Assembly (NCBI GenBank): GCA_048886685.1
Contig: JBHLKM010000008.1
Coordinates: 32,001 to 96,000, forward strand
DNA length: 64,000 bases
Source of the DNA: Candidatus Hodarchaeota archaeon
GTDB lineage: Archaea > Asgardarchaeota > Lokiarchaeia > Sigyniarchaeales > SOKP01
Reading direction: 5' to 3'
Part shown: positions 47,241 through 58,448 of the stretch, in pieces
Position numbering within the stretch: the first letter of the stretch is position 1
How the letters are laid out: each line of letters opens with the position of its first letter
Made by a program: the position numbers and the translations under genes
The notes under the pieces: model-generated
Database searches by the model: none
What the model was told of the DNA's origin: nothing
Seen by the model: only the letters and a program-made list of their open reading frames with translations

Positions 47241-48614
47241 TTATTCTAGCAAATTATCTTCTTTTAATTCATCAGCCATTTGTTCAATTTGAGCTCTTTT
47301 TTTTCTTATAGCCTCTTTTTTTCTGCGTATTCTTTCATAAATATAAAGATTAGGATGATTTTTAATATCCAAATACCCAATTATTAAAAGGATAATAGCT
47401 AATATCACATTCAAAAATCCAATTAACTCATAAGAATCTAAATGTATGAAAGCGATAGTCAATCCTCCCATTTGTAAAAATGAAGTAGAGATTAATGGAG
47501 CGACCACTTGGGCAAAAGAACGAAGATTGAATGCTAGTCCACTTACTTCTCCTTGTCTGTTCGGAGAAACTGCTTTGGTGATATTAGTTGAGATTAGAGG
47601 TCTCATAAAGGATAACATGAAGGCAAATGCTAAAACGAAAGGAAAGACCATCCAAAAATCAAATAAATAAGGGTAAATTGCGAAAAGAACTATTGCTAAT
47701 ATAAAAGTAAGAATTAAAATACGTTTTTCTCCAAATTTTTTTAGCAAAGGTCTCATAATAATTAATCCATAAATTAAAAGACCTACTCCTGCAATGGCCA
47801 TAACATATCCCCTTACAGAAGCGTCTGCTCCGTATCGTTTATCGAGCACTAATGCATAACTTGACATAAACATTGAGGAAATCAATGAGACTAAAAGTGT
47901 TTGTCCAAACCGACTAACGATTTCTTTATTCCAAATACTATCTTGTTTTCTTGAAGGTCCAAGATTTTTTAGAAGTTCGGCTTTAATCTCCTCTCTTCTT
48001 TCCTTAGGCATACTTTCAACGATGATTTTTATTGTCATAAAAATTGTAAGGATTGTTAATATACTAGCTGCAAAAAATGGAAGACGCCAATTAATTACTC
48101 CTAAACTACCACCTATTATCGGTCCTGCGATCATACCACCAGTGTATCCTACCATTATTTTTCCCATATTTGAAGCTCTAGTTTCTGGGGTTGTTACATC
48201 AGTAATATATGCCCTAATAGCGGGCATTTGACCTCCAAACATACCATCCAAAATTCTCCCGAAAATTATAAAATAAAAAGAATTCGATAATCCTAACAAG
48301 AAAAATGAAAAAGCGGTACCCGCTTGCGAAATCAATAAAATTGGTTTACGTCCATATTTATCGCTTAGTTTTCCCCAAATGGGTATAAAAATTAATGCAG
48401 AAAATGAATTTGATGACATGAGAACCCCTATCATCAGATCTGATGCTTGAAAAGCTCCCGCAATATCCGGTAATAAAGGTAAAACCATAGAATAGCCAAA
48501 TGAGTCAAGAAGAATGCATAGAATTATAGTAAATAGAGCACGTTTCTGATTAATCTTAAAAGCTTCTAAATAATCAATATGCTCTTGTTTACTTCGAAAA
48601 TTTGGAGATGACAT
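47241..48614 (-). CDS. MFS transporter (paralogue of 43734-45098)
   Basis: GKLSDKYGRKPIL, GRILDG, RAYITDVT. Confidence 0.93.
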   Translation of the reverse strand: MSSPNFRSKQEHIDYLEAFKINQKRALFTIILCILLDSFGYSMVLPLLPDIAGAFQASDLMIGVLMSSNSFSALIFIPIWGKLSDKYGRKPILLISQAGTAFSFFLLGLSNSFYFIIFGRILDGMFGGQMPAIRAYITDVTTPETRASNMGKIMVGYTGGMIAGPIIGGSLGVINWRLPFFAASILTILTIFMTIKIIVESMPKERREEIKAELLKNLGPSRKQDSIWNKEIVSRFGQTLLVSLISSMFMSSYALVLDKRYGADASVRGYVMAIAGVGLLIYGLIIMRPLLKKFGEKRILILTFILAIVLFAIYPYLFDFWMVFPFVLAFAFMLSFMRPLISTNITKAVSPNRQGEVSGLAFNLRSFAQVVAPLISTSFLQMGGLTIAFIHLDSYELIGFLNVILAIILLIIGYLDIKNHPNLYIYERIRRKKEAIRKKRAQIEQMADELKEDNLLE

Positions 48615-48798
48615 TTAATGGTTATTCCTAAAAACATAAGATATATAGAACTGAAAATTATTCAACCAATTTAAGATTTCATTTAATGGAAATTTCATAT
48701 AAATTATTACAATTTATATTCTCTCCATCCTAGAAAATAAATATCAAAATTATTCAAAAATAATAAAAATCTAATTTTCAATATAGACTGGTGAAATA

Positions 48799-49413
48799 AT
48801 GTCTGAAAGAATTAGTTGGCATACGAAAGGCACATGGTATGAGGCTTGTGCTTCTGAAGGTCATTGCTCATTTTATTTCGGAAGAGACAGAGAGGAATCT
48901 TGTAAATCCTTTCAATTATTTGAATTCGACGAGGGGAATTTTGGGGACGTAGATATCAGTGGAGTATTAGCAATTTGCGTAATTGATTTATACTCTAATA
49001 AAGTTGCTGATTTGATGTTAAAGGGGGGAGAAGGAGGAGTGTATATAAGCGATAAGACTACAGAAGAACAGAGAAAATATTTAGAACCTTATTTTGTTAA
49101 AAATATCCCCGGGAATTCTATTCTTAGAAAAGTTCTCGGAGTCAGATATGTTGATATTGACTTCAAAAAAGAAGATGGGTCTTTTCATGTGACTATGTCT
49201 CATGGGGAAATGAAATTATCTTATTCCGTAGGACTCGACGGAAAAAATCCACAGAGACTTGAAAATTCTCCTTTTGGTGTGTTTTTTTCTGATATAAAAA
49301 TCTGTAATACTCATTTCTGGAAATATAATGACTTTGGGAAAAACTGGGAATTTAAGAATCGAAGTGGAACCATCGCAAGTTTCGATGGAAAAGGAAGATC
49401 AAAAGATTTCTAA
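48799..49413 (+). CDS. DUF1326 family protein
   Basis: WHTKGTWYEAC, EGNFGDVDISG, YISDKTTEEQR, W-x-F C-terminus; GGTGA RBS. Confidence 0.7.
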   Translation: MSERISWHTKGTWYEACASEGHCSFYFGRDREESCKSFQLFEFDEGNFGDVDISGVLAICVIDLYSNKVADLMLKGGEGGVYISDKTTEEQRKYLEPYFVKNIPGNSILRKVLGVRYVDIDFKKEDGSFHVTMSHGEMKLSYSVGLDGKNPQRLENSPFGVFFSDIKICNTHFWKYNDFGKNWEFKNRSGTIASFDGKGRSKDF

Positions 49414-49564
49414 AAAGTAATTTTTTTTTTAAATTTTTACAATAATATGATGGATTTTTCTCTTACAAATTGGGGTCAAATTATAAATAAAATTCTGTCA
49501 TATTGATTATATGAAATCTAATTTAAGAATAAAAACTTAAATATATTTTAAAATGTGAAAAAGT

Positions 49565-51070
49565 ATGGAAATAATGGCAATAATTGATACAAAATCTGGA
49601 AAAGTCCAGGGTTATAGCGAAAAGGGCGTAGAAGTATACAAAGGTATTCCTTATGCTGAACCTCCGATTGGTGATTTAAGATTTCGTCCACCTATTGCGA
49701 AAGAACCTTGGGATGGGGTGCTTGATGCGACTAAATATGGCCATTTTGCATTTCAAGGATATATTCTATTTGAAGATTTGTTTGGAAAGCTTGGACCAGA
49801 GAGTGAAGATTGCTTGACTCTTAACATATGGACACCTGCAGCAGATGATAAAAAGCGTCCCGTAATGTTTTGGATACATGGAGGTGCTTTCATTAGTGGA
49901 GGAGGAACATGGGAACTTTATGATGGTTCAGCTTTAGCTAAACGAGGAAATGTTGTAGTAGTTACCATTAACTATAGGTTAGGGGCTTTGGGTTTTTCAT
50001 ACATTCCAGATATTACTATAAATGTAGGAATACTTGATCAGGCTCTCGCACTTAATTGGGTGCATGATAATATTGAAGAGTTTGGTGGAAACCCAGATAA
50101 TATTACATTATTTGGGGAGTCAGCGGGAGGATATTCTGTCTTAACGTTACCAGTTATGTCACAAACTAAAGGAATGATTCGACGCGTAATTGCTCAAAGT
50201 GCTCCTAATATTGAACCTGAGGTAAGTTATAGAAATACTAGGGGTTTCATGCGAAAGTTAAAATTAAGAAAGGGAGATTTTGAAGCATTACGTACAATTC
50301 CTCCTGAAAGAATTATTGAAGCTCAGAATGAATTTATAGGAGCTGATCCAACTAGTCTAATGTCTTTTAGACCACTAGTTGATGGAGATACAATCCCTAA
50401 ACATCCCTTAAAAGCATTCCGAGATGGAGATTTAAAAAATATTGATTTTATGATAGGAACCAATATGGACGAGTCAAAATTGTTTACTTATCAGGATCCA
50501 GGTATCAATGCAATGGTTAAAGCCCAAGGTGAAAATGCGATAATCGCTTTATTGGGTACAAGTGGGGTAGATGTTAACAAAAGCAGAGAAATTATAGAAA
50601 TTTATAAAAATGCGAGAAAACAGAAGTATTCTATAGAACCAATGGATTTATTGGATGCTGTTGTATCTGATGGCATGTTTCGTGTCCCCACCATACGATT
50701 GCTTGAAGCTCAATTTCAACATCAACCTAATACGTTTACCTACATGTTTACCTTTCAATCTCCCAAATTCAATGGTGCGTACGGGTGCCCTCATTTTATA
50801 GATATCCCATTTGTATTTAACACATTTCACACCCCTGGTTTTCCTGAATTCGTCGGGAAAGGTCCTGATGTTGATAATCTTTGTGAAAAAGTAATGGATG
50901 CTTGGATTGCTTTTGCGCATACTGGAAATCCTAATCACGATGGACTTCCTGAATGGTCTTCGTATGATAATAAGAATCGATCAACAATGTTCCTCGGAAG
51001 AAAGTGCAAAATTGTTAATGCTCCTTTTGACAAAGAGAGAGAAGTCTGGGAGGGAGTCAACGAAATCTAA
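49565..51070 (+). CDS. Carboxylesterase type B (PnbA-like)
   Basis: KGIPYAEPP, SEDCLTLNIW, HGGAF, FGESAGG, E and H of the catalytic triad. Confidence 0.94.
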   Translation: MEIMAIIDTKSGKVQGYSEKGVEVYKGIPYAEPPIGDLRFRPPIAKEPWDGVLDATKYGHFAFQGYILFEDLFGKLGPESEDCLTLNIWTPAADDKKRPVMFWIHGGAFISGGGTWELYDGSALAKRGNVVVVTINYRLGALGFSYIPDITINVGILDQALALNWVHDNIEEFGGNPDNITLFGESAGGYSVLTLPVMSQTKGMIRRVIAQSAPNIEPEVSYRNTRGFMRKLKLRKGDFEALRTIPPERIIEAQNEFIGADPTSLMSFRPLVDGDTIPKHPLKAFRDGDLKNIDFMIGTNMDESKLFTYQDPGINAMVKAQGENAIIALLGTSGVDVNKSREIIEIYKNARKQKYSIEPMDLLDAVVSDGMFRVPTIRLLEAQFQHQPNTFTYMFTFQSPKFNGAYGCPHFIDIPFVFNTFHTPGFPEFVGKGPDVDNLCEKVMDAWIAFAHTGNPNHDGLPEWSSYDNKNRSTMFLGRKCKIVNAPFDKEREVWEGVNEI

Positions 51071-51169
51071 GATTTCTACTTAGTTAATTTTTTTTATCTT
51101 TTTTATATCTTAACTGGATTTCCATATTGGGGTATTTTTTAGAAATAAAATAAAAAAAAGTTATAATTA

Positions 51170-52006
51170 TTATTTACCTTGAAATTTAGGAGTTCTCTTT
51201 TGTAAGAAGGCACTAACTCCTTCAATGACGTCTTTCGATGTAGTATTCAAAGCATACCCCCAGTGTTCAAATTGTAATCCTACATTTAGAGGAACTTGAG
51301 TTCCATATTGAACGCATTTTTTTATGACAAATAACGCATTTGTAGGGGCGTTTCCTAACCAAGAAGCTTTTTCATGGACAAATTCCTCAAATTTATCATC
51401 GTCTACCAAAAATGAAATGAAACCCCATTCATACATTTCACTGGCACTAAAATGCTCGCCAAAATACATCATCCTGTTAACTCTTGTTTTGCCTATTTGC
51501 CTAATCATGCGTTGAGTCCCCCCATTACCAGGAAAGATCCCTCTCTTAATTTCAGGAAATCCAAATTCTGATCTTTTTGATGCAATAACTATATCACAGA
51601 CTAATACTAATTCTAAACCTCCTCCTAAAGCATATCCATCAACAGCAGCTATTAATGGTTTTGGGAATTCTTCAATTAAATCATAGGATTTGTGTCTTAA
51701 ATACATTGCATGGCTACGATGCCTGATATTTTCAGGATCAAGTCGAGAATCTCCTCGAGCTGCAAGATCAGCACCAGCAGAGAATGCAGGTTTTTTAGTA
51801 TATTCTTTAACTCCACGTAAAACCACACAGCGAACACTTTGATCAATCTCTATCATCTCTAAAGCCTCAGCAATTTCTCTTAAGGTTTGGTTTTGAAGTG
51901 CATTTAATCTATCAGGTCGAATTATTGATATAACAGCATAATTGCCTTCTTCAACTTTTTCTATCTTTACATGTTCAAACTTTTTTTCTGACATATTTTT
52001 AACCAT
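51170..52006 (-). CDS. Enoyl-CoA hydratase/isomerase
   Basis: AFSAGADL, GYALGGGLE, FGFPEIKRGIFPGNGGTQR. Confidence 0.93.
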   Translation of the reverse strand: MVKNMSEKKFEHVKIEKVEEGNYAVISIIRPDRLNALQNQTLREIAEALEMIEIDQSVRCVVLRGVKEYTKKPAFSAGADLAARGDSRLDPENIRHRSHAMYLRHKSYDLIEEFPKPLIAAVDGYALGGGLELVLVCDIVIASKRSEFGFPEIKRGIFPGNGGTQRMIRQIGKTRVNRMMYFGEHFSASEMYEWGFISFLVDDDKFEEFVHEKASWLGNAPTNALFVIKKCVQYGTQVPLNVGLQFEHWGYALNTTSKDVIEGVSAFLQKRTPKFQGK

Positions 52007-52114
52007 TTATTCACGTAATTCATGATTGTTTAGTGTATTAATTAAGGAATTATTATGAAAAAGAGTTACTAAAAATAGAAAAAAAAAGAAGAAAATTATA
52101 AATTTTGGAGAGAT

Positions 52115-53608
52115 TTAAAGAATACCATCCCACACTACTCTTTCATTTCCGTATGGGTCTTTTTCAATTGTGACCTGCTTATCAAAGAGTATTGTAGCTC
52201 TATTTTCTTTATCATAAGGAAGCAATTCTGGAATATTCTCATGATTTGGGTTGCCTGAACGAGCAAATGCAATCCAAGCATCCATCATTTGTTCTGATAA
52301 TCTCTGGGTTTCTTCTGTTTTGCGGGGAAATATACCTACATCCCTATCGAGTAAAAGATTGAATACAAAAGGAAGATCAAGAGCATGCATTGCTCCATAT
52401 TTTCCTCCACCTAAAGGACTCTGCCAGGTGAAAAGATACATATATGTGTTCTTTTGATATTTGGACTGTTCTTCAGCAAGGCGAATAGAAGGGATCCGAA
52501 ACGTATAATCTGCTAATATCGCATCCACGATATCTCTTGGGGTTTTTCTTAATTCTCGATATCCTTCTATTATCTCCTTAGCTTTACTTTCCTTCTGTTT
52601 TGTGATTCGCATAATTTCATTTACAGTCTTATTTAATCGTTCTTCTGTAAGTTCGAAAGCCTTTGGGTTCTGCATTACAAATATTTTATTTTCATCCAAA
52701 TTCGATCCTATGAATACATCGATATCTTTTGCAAATCCCTTAGAAATAGCATTTAATGGGTGATCTGGTAAAGTTTTTTTATCTACAACTGGTCCCACTC
52801 TTAATCCACGTGCTCGAAATCCAGTTCTATCAATCGGTGGAGCAATAAATTTCTCGGCTGGAAGTTCACGTAAGGCCTTTATATCTCCTTTTTTAATACC
52901 TAATTCTTGAATTAATTCTTCATAAACTTCAATCGCAGAGACAGGATTAAAACCGTATTTATTTGCAGCTCCAGATTGGAGGATTGCTCTATGAAACAAA
53001 CCTTTAGCTGAAGGCATAGCAAGTAAGGCTGCAACTGCTACACTCCCCGCAGATTCCCCAAAAATAGTGACGTTTTTAGGATCTCCTCCAAACTTTGAGA
53101 TATTTTTTTTTACCCATTCAAGTGCTGCAATCATATCAAGTAGTCCCACATTAGCAGTCGTATCATGCATATCTGGCATATAGAAAAAACCTAGATATCC
53201 AAGACGATAATTAATACTAACTACAACCACGTTCCCCCTAAGAACTAACCGCGCTCCATCATAAATAACAGCACTTCCTGTGATGAATCCTCCTCCATGG
53301 ATCCAAAACATAACGGGTTTATTACCATTATCTAAGCCTTGGGTCCATATATTTAAAGTTAAACATTCAGCTTCACTCTGAGGCCTAGGTTCTCCGAATT
53401 CGAGGTTTGAGGGGGGCTGAATTGAAACAGGGCTATATTGGGTTGCATCAAGCACATCACTCCAAGGTTCAACTGGAGCTGGAGGTTTAAAACGTAGATT
53501 TCCGACAGGGGGTGCTGCATAAGGGATCCCTTTGAATTTAATGACCCCTCTTCTACTATATCCCCTTATCTTTCCATGTGTTGTTTCTACTATATTATTT
53601 TCTTCCAT
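52115..53608 (-). CDS. Carboxylesterase type B
   Basis: FKGIPYAAPP, HGGGF, FGESAG, GAMHALDL. Confidence 0.94.
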   Translation of the reverse strand: MEENNIVETTHGKIRGYSRRGVIKFKGIPYAAPPVGNLRFKPPAPVEPWSDVLDATQYSPVSIQPPSNLEFGEPRPQSEAECLTLNIWTQGLDNGNKPVMFWIHGGGFITGSAVIYDGARLVLRGNVVVVSINYRLGYLGFFYMPDMHDTTANVGLLDMIAALEWVKKNISKFGGDPKNVTIFGESAGSVAVAALLAMPSAKGLFHRAILQSGAANKYGFNPVSAIEVYEELIQELGIKKGDIKALRELPAEKFIAPPIDRTGFRARGLRVGPVVDKKTLPDHPLNAISKGFAKDIDVFIGSNLDENKIFVMQNPKAFELTEERLNKTVNEIMRITKQKESKAKEIIEGYRELRKTPRDIVDAILADYTFRIPSIRLAEEQSKYQKNTYMYLFTWQSPLGGGKYGAMHALDLPFVFNLLLDRDVGIFPRKTEETQRLSEQMMDAWIAFARSGNPNHENIPELLPYDKENRATILFDKQVTIEKDPYGNERVVWDGIL

Positions 53609-53661
53609 TTAAAACAACTTGATTTACTTTCTATTTTTTTTGCTTATTAAAATTAAGTATC

Positions 53662-55161
53662 CTATAAAATATCTTCCCAAACAATCCTCTCATCTCCATA
53701 AGGATCATTTTGAATAGTAACATTCTTGTCAAAAATTATTGTAGATCTTTTTTCTAAATCATAGGGAGGTAATTTAGGGATATTCTCATGATTTGGGTTC
53801 CCGGTACGGGCGAATGCAATCCAAGCGTCCATCATTTTTCTAGATAACTCTTGGGTTTCTTCAGTTTTGCGTGCAAATATTCCTACATCTCTATCTAATT
53901 GAATTCCAAACACAAATGAGAGATCAAGAGCGTGCATTGCACCGTATTTTCCTCCATCCAAAGGAGTTTTCCAAGAAAATAAATACATAAATGTATTCGG
54001 TTGGTGTTGGGATTGGGCTTCAGCAAGGCGAATACAGGGAATCCGAAAACTATAATCAGTATCAATAGCATCAAAAATGTCATTTGGATTTTGTCTTGTT
54101 TTGCTATATATTTCAATTAATTCTTTAGATTTGCTCTCAACCTGATTTACATTTCGCATTATAGCATTTACTCTTTTCCTTAATCCTTCCTCTGTAAGAT
54201 TACTTTCTTCAGGAGTAAGCAGCGACCATAATTTAGTTTCATCTAAGTTTGAACCAACAAATAAGTCTATATCCTTAGCAAAACCGTTTCTAACAGCTTC
54301 GAGAGGGTGTTCAGGCAACGTTTTACTATCAGCCACAGGGCTAAAATTCTCAGTTCTGCGTCGTACTCTATCAAAACTAGTTAATTCTTTAAGAATTCGT
54401 TCAAAAGGAATATTTCTCAATGATTTAATATCTCCCTTTTTCAATCCTAAGTTCTTAATTAAAACTTCGTAAGCCTTTATCCCGGTTGTGGGATTACAAT
54501 TATATTTGGTTACATAATCAGATTGTAAAATAGCTCTTTTAAACAATCCTTTTGCAGCTGGCATTGTAAGCAAACAAGCTACAGCGAACGCTCCTGCGGA
54601 TTCGCCAAAAATAGTAATATTTTCAGGATTCCCTCCAAAAAAAGCAATGTTATCTCGCACCCATTTGAGTGCAGTAACCATATCAAGCAAACCCACATTC
54701 GCAGTCGCATCTGCTACATCCGGCATATAAAGAAAACCAAAAGGTCCAAGACGGTAATTGATACTTACAACTACTACATCACCCCTAAGAACTAAACGTG
54801 AACCATCCAAAGCTCGTCCACTACCAGTTAAAAAGGCACCGCCATGAATAAAAAACATAACTGGACGTTTGCCATCGTTTAGTTTTTGTGTCCATACGTT
54901 CAAGGTTAAAGAATCAGCTTCACTCTGAGGTAATGGGTCTGCAAACATATTTTCAAGTCCAGATGGAGGTTGAGGAAAAACGGGACTATAATTTGTTGCA
55001 TCATATATATCATCCCAGGGGTCAACTGGGACTGGTGGTTTGAAACGCAAATTACCAATTGGTGGTTTAGCATATGGAATCCCCTTAAATTTTATTACAC
55101 CTCTATTTTCATATCCTTGAATTTTACCTTTTGTAGTATTTATAATATATTTTTCTTCCAT
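53662..55161 (-). CDS. Carboxylesterase type B (tandem paralogue)
   Basis: FKGIPYAKPP, HGGAF, FGESAG, GAMHALDL. Confidence 0.94.
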   Translation of the reverse strand: MEEKYIINTTKGKIQGYENRGVIKFKGIPYAKPPIGNLRFKPPVPVDPWDDIYDATNYSPVFPQPPSGLENMFADPLPQSEADSLTLNVWTQKLNDGKRPVMFFIHGGAFLTGSGRALDGSRLVLRGDVVVVSINYRLGPFGFLYMPDVADATANVGLLDMVTALKWVRDNIAFFGGNPENITIFGESAGAFAVACLLTMPAAKGLFKRAILQSDYVTKYNCNPTTGIKAYEVLIKNLGLKKGDIKSLRNIPFERILKELTSFDRVRRRTENFSPVADSKTLPEHPLEAVRNGFAKDIDLFVGSNLDETKLWSLLTPEESNLTEEGLRKRVNAIMRNVNQVESKSKELIEIYSKTRQNPNDIFDAIDTDYSFRIPCIRLAEAQSQHQPNTFMYLFSWKTPLDGGKYGAMHALDLSFVFGIQLDRDVGIFARKTEETQELSRKMMDAWIAFARTGNPNHENIPKLPPYDLEKRSTIIFDKNVTIQNDPYGDERIVWEDIL

Positions 55162-55342
55162 TTAACACAGCTTTAAAAATGAATTTGTTTTACATATTCT
55201 ATTAACTTTAAATTTATTCCTTCCATAATAAAATCTTTTATTATTTTACTCAAATTTGTGTATTTTTCCTAATCTTACTTGTTCTAAACTCCTAGAAGAA
55301 ATAGCAATAGGTTTAATTCGAGCAATTGAATTAATTGACAAG

Positions 55343-56281
55343 TTACAATCCTATTAATTCTGCAATAGCTATTCCAGATTCACCCGCTATAGAATACAAT
55401 AAGAATGTTTTATCATTTTCTTCAAAAATTGCCGGATCACGTAATTGACAAACAGGTTCATTAATGGGTCCTCGAAAAGAGGGTTCGATTGGTAATTTTG
55501 CTCCTTCCCATTCTGTTTCTGGACGAAATATTTCAATTGGAGGACTTGCTTTCCATTTTAACCAATCATTTGAAAGATCAATTGTAGATAATAAAATTCT
55601 TTCAGGGGAATCACGCACTTGGGTCCAGAACACTTGTAGTTTATTTTTATACACTCTTAAAGCTGAATGACGCATATTTCTATTGAAAAGGATTGGACCT
55701 CTTTCAAAATTATCTAACCCGTTTAAGGACCTGTAGAATATTCCTGGCATACACATCCCATAATAATAATCATCGAACCTAAAAACTCGCAAATAAGAAT
55801 ATGAAATAATTTGTGGTTCTGCTTTAAAATGAATACCATCCTTAGAAAGTGCTATACGAGTCATTTGAGATCCATCTCTCTGCAAACCATGATAATACAT
55901 TCGGATCTCTTTTGTCTCATGATAAACATGGACATCGGGAGAAGCTATATGTGGTTTTGTTTCATCAGATCCATGCTTAACAGCACCTTTAGCATAATTA
56001 GGTACTTGAATTGAAGGTTTTGTAGGAAATAATGATTCTTCCAGTTGAAGTGTTCCATTTTTAAATATCTGCCAAGGACCTTCGATATTATCAGAATAAG
56101 CTAAATAAATGTAAGAACCTTTATGACTCGCAAAATAAAGGTAGTATCGTCCAAGCGGATTTTTAATCCATTCAGGTACGCGAATTAACGAAGGACCATT
56201 TATATTGCGATCTAGGCTGTCATCCATCTCAGGGTAAATAATTGGGTTATTTTTTAAACGAGTTACTTTAAAATTTGGCAC
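55343..56281 (-). CDS. Putative five-bladed beta-propeller glycoside hydrolase (GH43/GH32 clan-like)
   Basis: NPII, GPSLI...YYLYFA, LAYSDNIEGPW, ASPDV...MYYHG, LRDPAIF blade repeats. Confidence 0.65.
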   Translation of the reverse strand: MPNFKVTRLKNNPIIYPEMDDSLDRNINGPSLIRVPEWIKNPLGRYYLYFASHKGSYIYLAYSDNIEGPWQIFKNGTLQLEESLFPTKPSIQVPNYAKGAVKHGSDETKPHIASPDVHVYHETKEIRMYYHGLQRDGSQMTRIALSKDGIHFKAEPQIISYSYLRVFRFDDYYYGMCMPGIFYRSLNGLDNFERGPILFNRNMRHSALRVYKNKLQVFWTQVRDSPERILLSTIDLSNDWLKWKASPPIEIFRPETEWEGAKLPIEPSFRGPINEPVCQLRDPAIFEENDKTFLLYSIAGESGIAIAELIGL

Positions 56282-56422
56282 TAATAAGAATTTGTTTTAC
56301 ATTCAATATTAACTTTAGATTTATTCCCTCTATAATCGGATCTAAAATATTACTCTAATATATAAGAAATTAAAAAATAATAAATAAACTTGAAACGTAG
56401 AATTCATTAGAAACAAAAAAAT

Positions 56423-58390
56423 ATGAAAATTATGAAAAAAGATAAAAAAGTAATCGTTGTCGGTATGGACGCTCTTATGTTTCCACTTATGCGAACATTT
56501 GTCGATGAAGGTATTATGCCCAATTTCAAGAGAATGATCAAAGAGGGGTGTAGTTGTGAAGCACTTCCATGCATACCGGCATGGACACCAACTAATTGGG
56601 CTACTATAGCCACTGGGGCCTATGTTGGTACTAGTGGCACTTTTCTTTGGAGTAATAATCTCCCCATAGATCCCTTAGATAAACTTGCTCAATGGACATT
56701 CGACTCTCGTGGAGTAACAGCAGAATATATATGGGAAGCAGCTGACAGGGCCGGTAAAAAGACCATGTGTGTTTCCTATCCCGGTGCCTGGCCACCACGT
56801 GTAAAAGACAGTTATGTCATTGCACCATTAGATAGAGGTGTAATATCTAAGGCATTGGATCCTGGTAGAGAATATACAACCGACTCAACTAGACCTAATG
56901 TAGGTAAAGTACAATGGAGAGAAGCAAGCGGTTGGATCGGAATATCAGCTAACTGTCTCGAGACAGAGATATCCATAGGTTCAGGGATTACCCCGAGTGG
57001 GTTAGGTTGGGGGAAGGTTATCGACGGTATAGTGAAAGGTCCAAATGCTGTAGTCCCAGGTATATTTGAAGCAGCAGCAATAAAGCAAATAAGTCTCAAC
57101 ATGCTGGCAATTGACTCCAAAGGTCAAGGATGTGATCGTATTCTCATCTGTAATAGTAAGGATGCTTCTCAACCACTGGTTGATATTGGTGTTGGTGAGT
57201 GGAGCAACTGGATCTTTCTGGATTTTCCATATAATGGCGGGCAAATCACTGGTTCTCTACGATTTAAATTGCTTTCTCTTGGTCCGGATGGACAAAATTT
57301 CAGACTATTGCGCTCCATGGTTTATCCTGCTACTAATTGGGCATATCCAGAATCTCTAGAAAAGGAGCTTATCAAAGAAATAGGACCATACATTGAGTTC
57401 CCTTCCATCCCGATAAGAATTGCTTTTGGGGGTTTTGGTTTTGATGCAAGTGATAAGGGAAAGCTAGATACTTTGTTGTTAGATGCTTTTATAGATGAAC
57501 TGCGAGAACAGGCTTTATGGCTCCCCCGTGCAGCGAAATTTGTTCAGGATAAATACGGATGGGATATATATTACCAACACTGGCACTTTCCTGATGCCTT
57601 GAATCATGGTTTACTTTCCGATTTTGATCCTTCCTCACCTTTCTACAAAAAAGACACTGATGATTATTGGAATGTAGCAAGAAAAGTGTATATGATTGCT
57701 GACGAACAACTTGGTGCTTTCCTAGACATGGCTGATGAAAATACTTATGTTATTATGGTTACAGACCACGGAGCTACGCCAGATTCTAAAGGTGTAGTAA
57801 ATATGTTTCAATTCCTCAAGGATAGCGGTTTTGCCATTTCAAAAGATGGTCAACTTGACTGGTCAAAAACTAAAGCGTTTTCACATGGCCTTTTAGGGGT
57901 AGAGATAAACCTTAAGGGCAGGAATCCACATGGTATCGTACCTCAAGAAGATTATGAAAAATTACAAGAAGAAATCATTGATGCACTTTACTCATGGAAA
58001 GACCCTGATACAGGCAAACGCCCGGTTGCTTTTGCTTTGAAGAAGAAGGATACCCAACTTATTGATTTATGGGGCCCGACAGCCGCAGATGTGGTTGTTC
58101 TCTTCAACGATGGATTTGCAATTGCCCCTACACAAAAAGGCAAAAGTACTGGTCCACCAAGAAACTACTCCGAACATTGGTGTAAGCTTCCAACTGATAG
58201 AACTGAGGTTAGTTCTAACCTAGCAATGTTCATGATCAAAGGACCCGGTATAAAAGCAGGCTATGAGCGTGATCCTGAAAGGTTAGGTCTCGTGCGCTTA
58301 GTAGATGTGGTACCCACTATTTGCCATTTACTAGGATTTAGACCGCCAAAGCATTGCCAGGGTGCAGTTCTCTGGGATATGATCGAATAG
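56423..58390 (+). CDS. Alkaline phosphatase superfamily / type I phosphodiesterase-nucleotide pyrophosphatase
   Basis: VVGMDA, PAWTPTNWATIATG (Thr nucleophile), PDALNH, VTDHG, DVVPTI. Confidence 0.88.
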   Translation: MKIMKKDKKVIVVGMDALMFPLMRTFVDEGIMPNFKRMIKEGCSCEALPCIPAWTPTNWATIATGAYVGTSGTFLWSNNLPIDPLDKLAQWTFDSRGVTAEYIWEAADRAGKKTMCVSYPGAWPPRVKDSYVIAPLDRGVISKALDPGREYTTDSTRPNVGKVQWREASGWIGISANCLETEISIGSGITPSGLGWGKVIDGIVKGPNAVVPGIFEAAAIKQISLNMLAIDSKGQGCDRILICNSKDASQPLVDIGVGEWSNWIFLDFPYNGGQITGSLRFKLLSLGPDGQNFRLLRSMVYPATNWAYPESLEKELIKEIGPYIEFPSIPIRIAFGGFGFDASDKGKLDTLLLDAFIDELREQALWLPRAAKFVQDKYGWDIYYQHWHFPDALNHGLLSDFDPSSPFYKKDTDDYWNVARKVYMIADEQLGAFLDMADENTYVIMVTDHGATPDSKGVVNMFQFLKDSGFAISKDGQLDWSKTKAFSHGLLGVEINLKGRNPHGIVPQEDYEKLQEEIIDALYSWKDPDTGKRPVAFALKKKDTQLIDLWGPTAADVVVLFNDGFAIAPTQKGKSTGPPRNYSEHWCKLPTDRTEVSSNLAMFMIKGPGIKAGYERDPERLGLVRLVDVVPTICHLLGFRPPKHCQGAVLWDMIE

Positions 58391-58448
58391 ATGTAGTTAA
58401 TGACAAACAAGATGGAATAATTATTTAAATACTTTTTATTTCTTTTGA

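Noticed and set aside
43734-48614. MFS genes as tetracycline resistance determinants
   Set aside because: Only family-level TetA/DHA1 similarity; no TetR, and the substrate cannot be inferred from sequence
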